A stretch of DNA of 64,000 nucleotides from Acidobacteriota bacterium (GTDB lineage: Bacteria > Acidobacteriota > Thermoanaerobaculia > UBA5066 > Gp7-AA6): positions 15,844-79,843 of the forward strand of contig JBLMXY010000024.1 in the NCBI GenBank assembly GCA_050257975.1, in the 5' to 3' direction. Of the stretch, positions 36,421 to 44,665 are shown piece by piece (the stretch's first letter is position 1; each line of letters opens with the position of its first letter). Made by a program: the position numbers and the translations under genes. Below the pieces are notes generated by a model. The model was not told the origin of the DNA and ran no database searches. It saw only the letters and a list, made by a program, of their open reading frames with translations.

Positions 36421-39354
36421 ATGCTCAAGAGACCGATGAAACCCGGGGCCGGCGTCCGCACCGCGTTCGGCGTCACGCTCACGGCGATCCTACTGGTCGG
36501 CCTGGCCGTGGTCACCTACCAGAACGTCGTGCGACTGATCGAGGCGCGCGACCGGCTGGCGCACACGAACGACGTCCTGGACCAGGTCAACCGGCTGATG
36601 GCCGGCCTTCAGGATGCCGAGGTGGCGCAGCGCGACTACTTCCTGACGGGAAGCGAGGAGCGCCGGCTCGATTTCGACGCGAGCCGGGAGGCCCTCCCCG
36701 TTGAGCTGGGGCGCCTGCGGGAGCTCGTGCGCGACAACCCGGCACAGATTGGCCGCGTCACCCGGCTGGAGAGCCTCGTCTCCGAACGCATACGGCTGAT
36801 GCAGTCGAATGTCGCCCTGCGCCGGGAAAAGGGCCTCGACGCCGTCGCCACGGTCCTGTCCGGCAGTCTTTCCCGCAGCCAGGCGGGGAGCATCCGCGAC
36901 GTCGCCGCCCAGATCGAGGGCGAGGAGCGCCAGCTGCTCCAATTGCAGGGCACAGAGGCAGAGCGAACGGCCCGGGCCACGCTGATCTGGCTCGCCCTCG
37001 GGGGCGCCCTCCTCTTCCTCTTCCTCGGCCTGATCTGGGCCCTGATCCGGCTCGACCTTTTGAAACGGTGGGCGGCCGAAGAGGAGTCGCGTCGCGGCGA
37101 GGCCGAGCTGCGAACCACGCTGCGCAGCATCGGCGACGCGGTGCTGGCAACGGACGCCGCCGGCCGCGTGGCGTTCGTGAACCCCGTTGCGGAGCGCCTG
37201 ACCGGCTGGACGGAGTCCGAGGCCCTCGGCCGGAACGTGGGCGAAATCTTCCGGATCGTCAACGAGATCGACGGGAAGCCCGGCGGCGAGCTGGTCGAAC
37301 GGGTTCTGCGCGACGGCCGCGCCGTCGACCTGGGAAATCACATGACGCTGCTCGCCCGGGACGGCGAGGCGTGCCCGATCGCCGACAGCGCCGCGCCGAT
37401 CCGGGGGGGGGACGGGCGGATGCTCGGGGCCGTCATCGTCTTCCGCGACATCCGCGACAAACGCCAGGCCGATCGGGAGCTGCAACGGCTCGCTTCGATC
37501 GTTTCTTCCTCCGGCGACGCCATCATCGCGGAGGCCCTCGACACGACCATCACCGCTTGGAACGCGGGCGCCGAGCATCTCTTCGGCTACACGGCCGACG
37601 AGGTCCTGGGAAAGTCCGTCGCCATCCTCGAGCCGTCCGGAGACGAAGACAGCACCCTGTCGCGTCTCGCTCGAATCCGCCAGGGAAAGAGAATTCAGCA
37701 GTTCGACACAACGCGGATGCACAAGGACGGCCACCTCGTCGCCGTGTCGGTGTCCGTCTCGCCCATACGGGACGCGGAGGGAACCGTCGTCGGCGCTTCC
37801 AAGATCATCCGGGACATCACCGAGCGCAAGAAGGCGGAGCTCGCTCTGCGGGCGAGCGAGGAGCGATTCCGCGTGCTCTCGGATGCCGTCACCTCCCTGG
37901 TCTGGGCCTGCGACGACCAGGGAGCCGCCACCTACCTGAACCGGCGCTGGAGCGAGTACACGGGCCTCGACCCGGAGGACCTCCTGGGCGACGCCTGGAC
38001 CAGGGCCGTGCATCCGGAGGACCTGCCGGGCTGCCTCGAGCGCTGGCAATACAGCCTCGCAAGCGGTCAGCCTTACGAAGCCGACCTGCGGTTGCGCCGC
38101 CGCGACGGCTACTACCGCTGGTACGTGTGGCGCGCCGAGCGGATCCACTCCGAATCCGGCCCCCTCTGGATCGCCACGGCGACCGACATCGACGACCTGA
38201 AGAACACCGCCGCCGCGCTGCGCGAGGCCAAGGAAGCCGCGGAGGAGGCCAGCCGGGCGAAGGACCGGTTCCTCGCGGTCCTCTCCCACGAGCTGAGGAC
38301 GCCGCTGACGCCGGCGCTGGCGACCTCGCAGCTGCTGGAGCGACGGCGCGACATCTCCGAGGACGTCCGCCGGTCCCTGGAGCTGATCCGGCGAAACGTC
38401 GAGCTCGAAACGCTGCTCGTCGACGACCTGCTCGACCTGACCAAGATCAGCCGGGGGACGATCGAGCTGCGGCGCAAGCCCGAGGATCTCCACGCGGTGA
38501 TCCATCGCGTCGTCGACATCTGCCGCAGCGACCTGCTCGGGAAGCGGCAGCGGCTCACCCTGGATCTTCTCGCCGCCGAGCACCACGCGGAGGTCGATCC
38601 CGCCCGGATCCAGCAGGTCTTCTGGAATCTGCTGAAGAACGCGGTGAAGTTCACGCCGCAGGGGGGCGCCATCGCGATCCGGAGCGAGAACCCGGAGGCC
38701 GGCCGGATCCGGATCTCCGTCGCCGACAACGGAATGGGGATCCCGGCCGGCGTTCTGCCGAGAATCTTCGAACCCTTCGAGCAGGGGCCGCGCTCGATCA
38801 GTCCGCGCGTGGGCGGCCTGGGGCTGGGTCTCTCCATCTCCCGCACCCTCGTCGATCTGCACGGAGGCCGCATTCGGGCCGAGAGCGAGGGAGAGGGCAA
38901 GGGCGCAACGCTCTCCGTCGAGCTCGAGGCCTTCGAGGAGAAGCGGCTGACCTCCGCGGACGACGAGACCGGACGGCGCGCGCGCCCGAGGCGCCCCCTC
39001 GCGATCCTCCTCGTGGAAGACCATGCGGACACGGCCGGCGCCCTGACCCAGCTGCTGCGCGAGGAGGGGCACCGCGTGAAGTGCGTCGCGTCCGTCTCGG
39101 AGGCGGTCGACCTCTTCCGGAAAGAGACGTTCGACCTGCTCGTCACCGACCTTGGACTTCCAGACGGCAGCGGCCACGAGCTGCTCGGCGTTCTGCGCGC
39201 CATTCGGCCGATCCGCGGGATCGTCCTGTCCGGTTACGGAATGGACGCCGATGTCGCGCGAAGCCGGGCGGCGGGCTTTGCCGAGCATCTGACCAAGCCC
39301 GTGCAGATCTCGCTCCTTCTCGCGGCGATCGACCGGACCGGCGCCGAAGGCTGA
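36421..39354 (+). CDS. Hybrid sensor histidine kinase (CHASE3, multiple PAS, HisKA, HATPase, receiver)
   Basis: 977 aa with a TM-CHASE3-TM N-terminus, three PAS/PAC units, H-box FLAVLSHELRTPL, G-boxes, and a C-terminal REC domain (ILLVEDHADT...DLLVTDLGLPDGSG). Confidence 0.93.
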   Translation: MLKRPMKPGAGVRTAFGVTLTAILLVGLAVVTYQNVVRLIEARDRLAHTNDVLDQVNRLMAGLQDAEVAQRDYFLTGSEERRLDFDASREALPVELGRLRELVRDNPAQIGRVTRLESLVSERIRLMQSNVALRREKGLDAVATVLSGSLSRSQAGSIRDVAAQIEGEERQLLQLQGTEAERTARATLIWLALGGALLFLFLGLIWALIRLDLLKRWAAEEESRRGEAELRTTLRSIGDAVLATDAAGRVAFVNPVAERLTGWTESEALGRNVGEIFRIVNEIDGKPGGELVERVLRDGRAVDLGNHMTLLARDGEACPIADSAAPIRGGDGRMLGAVIVFRDIRDKRQADRELQRLASIVSSSGDAIIAEALDTTITAWNAGAEHLFGYTADEVLGKSVAILEPSGDEDSTLSRLARIRQGKRIQQFDTTRMHKDGHLVAVSVSVSPIRDAEGTVVGASKIIRDITERKKAELALRASEERFRVLSDAVTSLVWACDDQGAATYLNRRWSEYTGLDPEDLLGDAWTRAVHPEDLPGCLERWQYSLASGQPYEADLRLRRRDGYYRWYVWRAERIHSESGPLWIATATDIDDLKNTAAALREAKEAAEEASRAKDRFLAVLSHELRTPLTPALATSQLLERRRDISEDVRRSLELIRRNVELETLLVDDLLDLTKISRGTIELRRKPEDLHAVIHRVVDICRSDLLGKRQRLTLDLLAAEHHAEVDPARIQQVFWNLLKNAVKFTPQGGAIAIRSENPEAGRIRISVADNGMGIPAGVLPRIFEPFEQGPRSISPRVGGLGLGLSISRTLVDLHGGRIRAESEGEGKGATLSVELEAFEEKRLTSADDETGRRARPRRPLAILLVEDHADTAGALTQLLREEGHRVKCVASVSEAVDLFRKETFDLLVTDLGLPDGSGHELLGVLRAIRPIRGIVLSGYGMDADVARSRAAGFAEHLTKPVQISLLLAAIDRTGAEG

Positions 39355-39604
39355 GCGCCACGCGGGCGCGCCATCCTCCGCGCCGCAAAGGCAGGATCCC
39401 GGCCCGCGCTGCCGGCTGGCGGGCCGCCCCGATGGGCAGGGGCGGCGAGGTCAGCGACCTCCGCGGGCGGGAAGGGCGGGTGGCGGGCTCCCCATGCCAG
39501 AGCGCAAGACCGCTCCTGCGGAGGAGTTGTCGGCGGGACGGTTCGAGTCTTCCATAGAACCCTGCCGCGAGGAAAAGCAAGACGGGTGCCAGCTGCGGAA
39601 GCCC

Positions 39605-39620
39605 TGGAACGGGACTTGCT
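39605..39620 (+). promoter_or_regulatory. sigma54-type promoter candidate (iron-permease-family gene)
   Basis: TGGAACGGGACTTGCT, 27 nt upstream of the ATG at 39648. Confidence 0.55.
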
Positions 39621-39647
39621 CTGCTTGCCCTCGAGGAAGCCTGGACG

Positions 39648-40115
39648 ATGCCGACCAGACCGAAGCAGGAGCCGCTGCTCGAAAGATTTTCCCTGCGCGC
39701 GACGCAGTGGGCGGGAAGCTCCCGCGCGTTTGCCGCGGCCTGTGTGACCATCGCGCTCTGGGCCCTGACGGGCCCCCTCTTCCGCTACTCGGACACCTGG
39801 CAGCTCGTCATCAACACGGGAACGACGATCGTCACGTTCCTGATGGTGTTCCTCATTCAACGCGCCCAGAACAAGGAGGCTCGCGCCACCCAGCTCAAGT
39901 TGAACGAGCTGCTCGCGGCGCTGCAAGGCGCGAGCAATCGCCTCCTGAACGCGGAGGACCTGACGGAAGAGGATCTCGAGAATCTCCGAAAGCGCTACGA
40001 GAAGCTTTCGCGCCTGGCCGAGCGCGAACCGACGCCGACGCGGTCTCACTCGATCGATGAGTCCGCGCGCCGGACCGCGCGAAAGCCGGGCCGTCCGACG
40101 CCCGAGAAGACGTAG
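39648..40115 (+). CDS. Low-affinity iron permease family protein
   Basis: 155 aa with WQLVINTGTTIVTFLMVFLIQRAQNKEARATQLKLNELL, typical of the family. Confidence 0.85.
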   Translation: MPTRPKQEPLLERFSLRATQWAGSSRAFAAACVTIALWALTGPLFRYSDTWQLVINTGTTIVTFLMVFLIQRAQNKEARATQLKLNELLAALQGASNRLLNAEDLTEEDLENLRKRYEKLSRLAEREPTPTRSHSIDESARRTARKPGRPTPEKT

Positions 40116-40116
40116 C

Positions 40117-40132
40117 TGGCACGCGCCATGCT
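40117..40132 (+). promoter_or_regulatory. sigma54-type promoter candidate (BON/DUF1328 operon)
   Basis: TGGCACGCGCCATGCT starts 2 nt after the upstream stop and lies 97 nt upstream of the ATG at 40230. Confidence 0.65.
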
Positions 40133-40229
40133 TTCTCAGGGGCGAGAGGCCTCGCTCCCGGCGCACGATGCGCCGGCGGCAGATCAAACACGGCGGGCCG
40201 AGGCCCCGCGATCACCGAGGAGGAAGCCC

Positions 40230-40550
40230 ATGCTTCGTTTCAAATCCCTGGTCTCTTGTCTGGCGGTCGTTCTCGCGGCGGCGCTGGCCGCCGGATGCAC
40301 GACCACGCAAAGCGCCGGCCGGCAGATCGACGACGCCTCGATCCACACGGCGGTGAAGGCCAAGCTCACCGCGGATCGCTTCTCCAACATCGTCAACATC
40401 GACGTCAACGTGACCAACGGCGTCGTGACGCTCGCCGGCGAGGTCCCCAACGCGATGGTCAAGGCGGACGCCGAGAGCGAGGCGCGCTCGGTCGACGGCG
40501 TCGTCCGGGTCGTCAACAACCTTCAGGTCAAGAGCCCGCCGGTCTCCTGA
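40230..40550 (+). CDS. BON-domain lipoprotein (OsmY-like)
   Basis: 106 aa with lipobox LAAGC and a BON core (DASIHTAVKAKL...VNVTNGVVTLAGEVPN...A..V.GV..V.N.L). GAGGAGG lies upstream. Confidence 0.85.
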   Translation: MLRFKSLVSCLAVVLAAALAAGCTTTQSAGRQIDDASIHTAVKAKLTADRFSNIVNIDVNVTNGVVTLAGEVPNAMVKADAESEARSVDGVVRVVNNLQVKSPPVS

Positions 40551-40585
40551 GCCGCGCGGGAACGATGAAAAAGGAGGGACGCATC

Positions 40586-40765
40586 ATGCTTCGATACGCG
40601 CTCATCTTCTTCGTGGTTGGACTGGTCGCAGCGCTGCTCGGTTTCACCGGAATCGCCGGCGCCTCCTTCGCGATCGCGAAGGTCCTCGCCCTCGTCTTCG
40701 GGCTTCTGTTTCTGCTGTTTCTGATCCTGGGACTGGCCGGCGCAAGCCGGGTCGCCGGCCCCTGA
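40586..40765 (+). CDS. DUF1328 family small membrane protein
   Basis: 59 aa, MLRYALIFFVVGLVAALLGFTGIAGASFAIAKVLALVFGLLFLLFLILGL. AAGGAGG lies upstream. Confidence 0.8.
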   Translation: MLRYALIFFVVGLVAALLGFTGIAGASFAIAKVLALVFGLLFLLFLILGLAGASRVAGP

Positions 40766-40797
40766 AGCAGCGGCTTCGCGAGCCGCTCGGAACAAGG

Positions 40798-40834
40798 AAG
40801 GAGCCTCGACCGGAAAGTTCCGGCGAGGCTCCTT
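40798..40834. terminator. Strong hairpin between convergent genes (possible bidirectional terminator, no U-tract)
   Basis: AAGGAGCCTCG-(15 nt)-CGAGGCTCCTT, an 11-bp perfect stem. Confidence 0.45.
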
Positions 40835-40867
40835 ACCGTTGGGAGTCCGCAGACCCCGGAACCGCCT

Positions 40868-41068
40868 TCAGGGCGTCGGAGTCGTCACGGGCGAGGACGT
40901 GGTCGTGGTCGTGGTGGTCTGAGTCTCGACGCTCGAAGGGGTCGTCGTGTAAGCGCCGCCTTCCGTCTTCTTCTCCGTTTCCGTGGTCGTGACCTCCTTC
41001 TTCTGACAACCCGCCAGGAGAACGGAGCCGAGCGCGACGGCTCCCGCCAGCCGAAGCATCTTCCTCAT
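40868..41068 (-). CDS. Small Thr-rich lipoprotein
   Basis: 66 aa, MRKMLRLAGAVALGSVLLAGC..., with lipobox LLAGC. AAGGAGG lies 6 nt upstream. Confidence 0.6.
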   Translation of the reverse strand: MRKMLRLAGAVALGSVLLAGCQKKEVTTTETEKKTEGGAYTTTPSSVETQTTTTTTTSSPVTTPTP

Positions 41069-41138
41069 GGATTCCTCCTTCGTTGGGCCCGACCCGGGAA
41101 CCGGGACGGCGTCCTTGAACAGGCTCCTGCAGGAGGCA

Positions 41139-41154
41139 TGCCTGTTCTCTGCCC
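41139..41154 (-). promoter_or_regulatory. Weak sigma54-type promoter candidate (Thr-rich lipoprotein)
   Basis: The minus strand reads GGGCAGAGAACAGGCA. The GG/GC spacing is correct but the -12 element is poor. It lies 70 nt upstream of the ATG and back-to-back with the site at 41174. Confidence 0.3.
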
Positions 41155-41173
41155 CGAGCCGCCGCCGCGTTCG

Positions 41174-41189
41174 CGGCACGGTCCTTGCT
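41174..41189 (+). promoter_or_regulatory. sigma54-type promoter candidate (secreted protein 41248)
   Basis: CGGCACGGTCCTTGCT, 58 nt upstream of the ATG at 41248. Confidence 0.6.
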
Positions 41190-41247
41190 GCATCCTGCTG
41201 TTCCGGGTCGCAATGAAGCGACACCGGGTAATCGAAAGGAGCGGGGT

Positions 41248-41538
41248 ATGAAGAAGGCTCTCGGGGTGGCGCTGGCGGCGGTGATCGTGTTGTCGGCCGT
41301 TGCGATGGCGACGGGCGACAAGGCGGTCAGCGGAACGATCTCCCGGCTGGACACGGCGTCGAAGTCGATGGTGATCAAGGACACCACCGGCAAGGAGGTC
41401 ACGGTGTTCTGGGATGACGCGACGCGTGTGACCGGCGGGGAGCTCCGCGAAGGCTCTCAGGTCGAGGTCCAGACCAAGGATCAGGACGGAAAGAACTTCG
41501 CGACGTCGATCCAGATCCGCGCCACAAAGCCCTACTAA
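41248..41538 (+). CDS. Small secreted beta-rich protein (hypothetical)
   Basis: 96 aa with a signal peptide. It resembles each half of the 44666..45322 protein. Confidence 0.7.
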   Translation: MKKALGVALAAVIVLSAVAMATGDKAVSGTISRLDTASKSMVIKDTTGKEVTVFWDDATRVTGGELREGSQVEVQTKDQDGKNFATSIQIRATKPY

Positions 41539-41562
41539 TCCGCCGGCGCTCGGTTTCCCGCC

Positions 41563-41605
41563 CCGGGGAGGAGGTCCTCCGAGGACCTCTCCCCGGCTTT
41601 TTTTT
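41563..41605 (+). terminator. Rho-independent terminator
   Basis: CCGGGGAGGAGGTCCTC-c-GAGGACCTCTCCCCGG followed by CTTTTTTTT. Confidence 0.88.
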
Positions 41606-42007
41606 GGCTGCCGACGTTGACGGGCGCCGGGATCGAGGAAGGAGTCGAGAGTTCCCGAGGGGCCGATCGGCCTCCCGCGATCAAGCGAGGGCCCTCGGCC
41701 CGGCCGATCCAGCGGCCACCGCGGTCCTGCCGAAGCGCCGTGATGAGCCCTCCGTTGCCCGGCTCGACGCCCCGCGTTCCGGCTTCGTCCCGCGCGAGGG
41801 CGAACGGGAGACGACGATCCGATTCATCCGGCCCTCCGGACGGCGCGGTCCCGAAGGGCCCCGCGAGAGTTCACGGCCCTGCGCCAGCGTCTCAGAAAAT
41901 CCGCAGCTCATCGGGGGGATGGAGCGCGCCTCCTCCGGCGGAAAGGGTGAAAAGCCATCGGGTTCCTGTCGTGCAGAAAACGTGCCGGGCGGAGGTCGCC
42001 TCGACTC

Positions 42008-42023
42008 TGGCAGGCGAATTGCT
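42008..42023 (+). promoter_or_regulatory. sigma54-type promoter candidate (metallothionein / PRC-barrel)
   Basis: TGGCAGGCGAATTGCT, 23 nt upstream of the ATG at 42047. It is nearly identical to the ku site. Confidence 0.7.
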
Positions 42024-42046
42024 CATTTCCTGCGCGATAGGAGGAG

Positions 42047-42205
42047 ATGCCGATGAGCTGTCAACACCGAGGTTGCCGCTGCCAGGAGACGAACGTGGAG
42101 CGGGAGGGCCGCAAATTCTGCAGCGAGACGTGCGCGGAGATGGAGACGACGGGAGCCCATCGCGAACACTGCACGTGCGGCCACCTGGATTGCGCCGCGG
42201 TCTGA
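42047..42205 (+). CDS. Bacterial metallothionein-like protein (SmtA/BmtA type), 52 aa, below ORF-track cutoff
   Basis: MPMSCQHRGCRCQETNVEREGRKFCSETCAEMETTGAHREHCTCGHLDCAAV has 8 Cys and 4 His. The segment G-x-x-F-C-S-E-T-C-A parallels SmtA NGLYYCSEACA. GGAGGAG precedes it, and the alternative ATG is at 42053. Confidence 0.6.
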   Translation: MPMSCQHRGCRCQETNVEREGRKFCSETCAEMETTGAHREHCTCGHLDCAAV

Positions 42206-42307
42206 GCCTGCCACGAGCGACCCGCCCGATCCGGAATCGAAGAGAGTCGAAGCAACGCTGCGGGCTCGCCGCAGCGACACATTGACAACGTTCCAAGGAG
42301 GTACGTG

Positions 42308-42673
42308 ATGAAAACCGTTCTCGACGAGCCGCGCGTCTTGTCCTCGACCACGCTCAAGGGCGATCTGGTCCGCAACGGCGCGGGCGAGAAGCTCGGGAAG
42401 ATCGAGGAGATCATGATCGACCTGCCGACCGGGCGCGTCGGCTACGCGGTTCTCTCGTTCGGGGGATTCCTCGGCGTCGGAGACAAGCTGTTCGCGATTC
42501 CCTGGGAGGCTCTTGCGCTCGACACCGAGAGCCATGAGTTCATCCTGAACGTGGACCGGAAGGTGCTCGAAAACGCGCCCGGCTTCGACAAGAATGACTG
42601 GCCCGACTTCGCCGACCGAACCTGGGGCGCCGGGATCTACGGCTACTACGGCTACAAGCCCTACTGGCAGTAG
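42308..42673 (+). CDS. PRC-barrel domain protein
   Basis: LKGDLVRNGAGEKLGKIEEIMIDLPTGRVGYAVLSFGGFLGVGDKLFAIPWEAL. AAGGAGG lies upstream. The track start at GTG 42305 is the alternative. Confidence 0.88.
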   Translation: MKTVLDEPRVLSSTTLKGDLVRNGAGEKLGKIEEIMIDLPTGRVGYAVLSFGGFLGVGDKLFAIPWEALALDTESHEFILNVDRKVLENAPGFDKNDWPDFADRTWGAGIYGYYGYKPYWQ

Positions 42674-42677
42674 CCTG

Positions 42678-42712
42678 GGCGGCGGCGCCGACGGCGGCGC
42701 CGCCTTCTTCGA
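42678..42712 (+). terminator. Probable Rho-independent terminator
   Basis: GGCGGCGCC-gacggc-GGCGCCGCC followed by TTCTTCGATCTGTTTC. Confidence 0.55.
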
Positions 42713-42737
42713 TCTGTTTCGGGCGGCAATTTCTCTC

Positions 42738-42887
42738 TCAGACGACCGTTCTCCCCTGCAGCAGGCGGATCACCAGGACGATGATCGCGAGCACGAGAAG
42801 AATGTGGATGAAGCCCGAGATCGTGTAGCCGGAAACCAGGCCTAGCAACCAGAGCACGAGCAGGATCACGAAGATCGTCCACAGCAT
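42738..42887 (-). CDS. lmo0937-family small membrane protein (49 aa, below ORF-track cutoff)
   Basis: MLWTIFVILLVLWLLGLVSGYTISGFIHILLVLAIIVLVIRLLQGRTVV. Confidence 0.75.
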   Translation of the reverse strand: MLWTIFVILLVLWLLGLVSGYTISGFIHILLVLAIIVLVIRLLQGRTVV

Positions 42888-42947
42888 AGGGCTTTCCTTC
42901 TCTCTGCGGGCGGCCGACGCGGCCGTGCGCTTCCGCCGAGAGAGAAG

Positions 42948-42963
42948 AGCGAAAACCGTGCCA
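42948..42963 (-). promoter_or_regulatory. sigma54-type promoter candidate (lmo0937-like gene)
   Basis: The minus strand reads TGGCACGGTTTTCGCT, 60 nt upstream of the ATG at 42887. Confidence 0.6.
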
Positions 42964-43034
42964 CGCGAGGAATCTTCTTGCGGCCGGGAGAAGGGCGCCC
43001 CGGGATGGGAACGGTTCCTGTCGAGGACGGACGG

Positions 43035-44297
43035 CTAGCCGGCCCGGCGCGCTCCGCGGGCCGGCCCCCTCGGCCCGGCCGACTTCGGCTTCTTCGTCTC
43101 GGACCCTCCGGCCTGTCTTGCTTGAGCCGGAGCGGATGGAAGCAGCTTTTCGACCACTTCGGCCAGAATCGTGTCGCCCTCGGTCATGATGTAGGCGCGG
43201 TGCACCATGTTCCGCAGCTCCCGGACGTTGCCCGGCCACTCGGATCGCTGAAGGAGCTCCATCGCCCGCGGCTCGAACCGGAGCACGCCCTGCTTTTCCT
43301 GCTCCTCGACTTCCCTGCGAAAGTGCTCCGCCAGCAGCGGGATGTCCTCCGGGCGCTCCTTGAGCGCCGGAAGGCTCAGCGGAAAGACGTTCAGCCGATA
43401 GAAGAGATCCTCGCGGAGCTTGCCCTCCCGCACGCCCTCCCGCGGGTCGCGGTTGGTCGCCGAGAGCAGACGCACGTCGGTCGCGATATCCTGCGAGCCA
43501 CCCACGCGCCGGAGGGTTCGCTCCTCGAGCACCCGAAGCAGCCGCACCTGCAGCTCGGCGCTCATCTCGGTGATCTCGTCGAGAAAGAGAGTTCCCCCGT
43601 TGGCCTCCTCGAAGTACCCGACGCGCCGCCGGTCCGCTCCGGTGAAGGATCCGCGCTCGTGGCCGAACAACTCGCTCTCGATCAGCGTCGGCGAGACGGC
43701 GCCGCAGTTGAAGGCCACGAAGGGTTTGCCCGCGCGCCGGGAGAGCCGGTGAATCGTTCGCGCGGCGACCTCCTTGCCGCTGCCCGAGGGACCCGTGATC
43801 AGGACGGGCGCGTTCGTTCGGGCGACGCGGCGCAGCTCTTCGAAGACTCTCTGCATGGCCTCGGACCGCCCCACCATCTCGCCCAGGCGGCCGGTCTCCT
43901 GAAGCTCGCTGCGCAGCGTGTCGACTTCGAGTTCCAGCCGACGGCGCTCGGAGATCCGCTGGTAGACGGCCTCGAGCTGCGCGGGCCGCAGGGGCTTGAG
44001 CAGATAGTCCGCGGCGCCGGCGCGAAGGGCCTCGATGGCGTGATCGATCGAGCTCGATCCCGTCAGGACGACGGCCTCGAGCTCCGGCTGCGCCTCGCGG
44101 GCGGCCCTCAGGATCTCCAGGCCGTCCCCGTCGGGGAGAGCGATGTCCACGATCAGCAGGTGCGGCTGAAACCGGGATAGCTCGGCCTGCGCCTGCTTCG
44201 CCGTGCCGACCGCGCGCGGTTCTCCCCCGTACCCCTGGACCGCCTCTGCCAGGCCGCGGCGGGTGCCGGGATCGTCTTCGACGATCAGAGTCTTCAT
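43035..44297 (-). CDS. sigma54-dependent response regulator (receiver plus AAA+ activator) without a recognisable DNA-binding domain
   Basis: 420 aa with REC (LLIVDIALPDGDG), Walker A GPSGSGKE, the sigma54-contact loop ESELFGHERGSFTGA, and sensor II PGNVRELRN. About 55 low-complexity residues follow and no Fis-type HTH. Confidence 0.92.
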   Translation of the reverse strand: MKTLIVEDDPGTRRGLAEAVQGYGGEPRAVGTAKQAQAELSRFQPHLLIVDIALPDGDGLEILRAAREAQPELEAVVLTGSSSIDHAIEALRAGAADYLLKPLRPAQLEAVYQRISERRRLELEVDTLRSELQETGRLGEMVGRSEAMQRVFEELRRVARTNAPVLITGPSGSGKEVAARTIHRLSRRAGKPFVAFNCGAVSPTLIESELFGHERGSFTGADRRRVGYFEEANGGTLFLDEITEMSAELQVRLLRVLEERTLRRVGGSQDIATDVRLLSATNRDPREGVREGKLREDLFYRLNVFPLSLPALKERPEDIPLLAEHFRREVEEQEKQGVLRFEPRAMELLQRSEWPGNVRELRNMVHRAYIMTEGDTILAEVVEKLLPSAPAQARQAGGSETKKPKSAGPRGPARGARRAG

Positions 44298-44551
44298 CGC
44301 GGCGCGGATCCCCCGGCGGCCGAGGGCTCGCCCAGCATCTCGGCTCTCCCGCGCTCGAACAGGTCGAAGGCTCGGGTCAGCTCCCGCCGGGCGCTCGCAA
44401 GAGCGTCGGTGGGATCCTCCCCCTTCGCGACACGGCGGGTCGCCGTCTCGAGCTGCAGCGCAACAGCCGAGAGGGGAGCCGCCAGATCGTGCAGGAACCG
44501 GCGAAGCCTCCCTGCGGGATCCGGCTCGGGCGCCTTCTGGTCTCGTCTCAT
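44294..44551 (-). CDS. Stand-alone DHp/HisKA-like protein (85 aa)
   Basis: It has the H-box-like FLHDLAAPLSAV followed by a second helix, with no ATPase domain. The stop overlaps the activator start (ATGA). Confidence 0.55.
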   Translation of the reverse strand: MRRDQKAPEPDPAGRLRRFLHDLAAPLSAVALQLETATRRVAKGEDPTDALASARRELTRAFDLFERGRAEMLGEPSAAGGSAPR

Positions 44552-44606
44552 CGAGACTTCATCCTATTCCAGTCCGCGCATCGAGGACTCGCGCCGCTCC
44601 GGCGGA

Positions 44607-44638
44607 ACAAAGAAAAAGCCCCCGCGGCGCGAGGGCTC
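44607..44638 (-). terminator. Rho-independent terminator
   Basis: The minus strand reads AGCCCTCGCG-c-CGCGGGGGCT followed by TTTTTCTTTG. It lies downstream of gene 44666..45322. Confidence 0.65.
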
Positions 44639-44665
44639 CTTCCGGCCGGGCCGAGGAAGACCGCG

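Noticed and set aside
39536-39552. GGACGGTTCGAGTCTTCC resembling a tRNA T-arm
   Set aside because: The flanks cannot form T-stem, acceptor or anticodon arms. No tRNA is supported anywhere in the window.
36490-39557. 932-aa minus-strand and 829-aa plus-strand ORFs overlapping the hybrid kinase
   Set aside because: These are high-GC shadow ORFs with low-complexity translations. The 36421..39354 frame has complete CHASE3/PAS/HisKA/HATPase/REC architecture.
41661-41672. GC-rich perfect palindromes GGCCGATCGGCC (41661) and ATCGGCGCGCCGAT (49260-49273) as possible activator or operator sites
   Set aside because: In roughly 70% GC DNA, palindromes of this length and composition are expected by chance many times in 64 kb. 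There is no second copy with consistent spacing.
41606-42007. 400-nt gap upstream of the metallothionein promoter, including track ORFs 41604..42056(+) and 41681..41911(-)
   Set aside because: The translations are Arg/Pro/Gly/Ser junk without RBS or domain. I left the region unannotated as possible regulatory or enhancer DNA, with no specific evidence.
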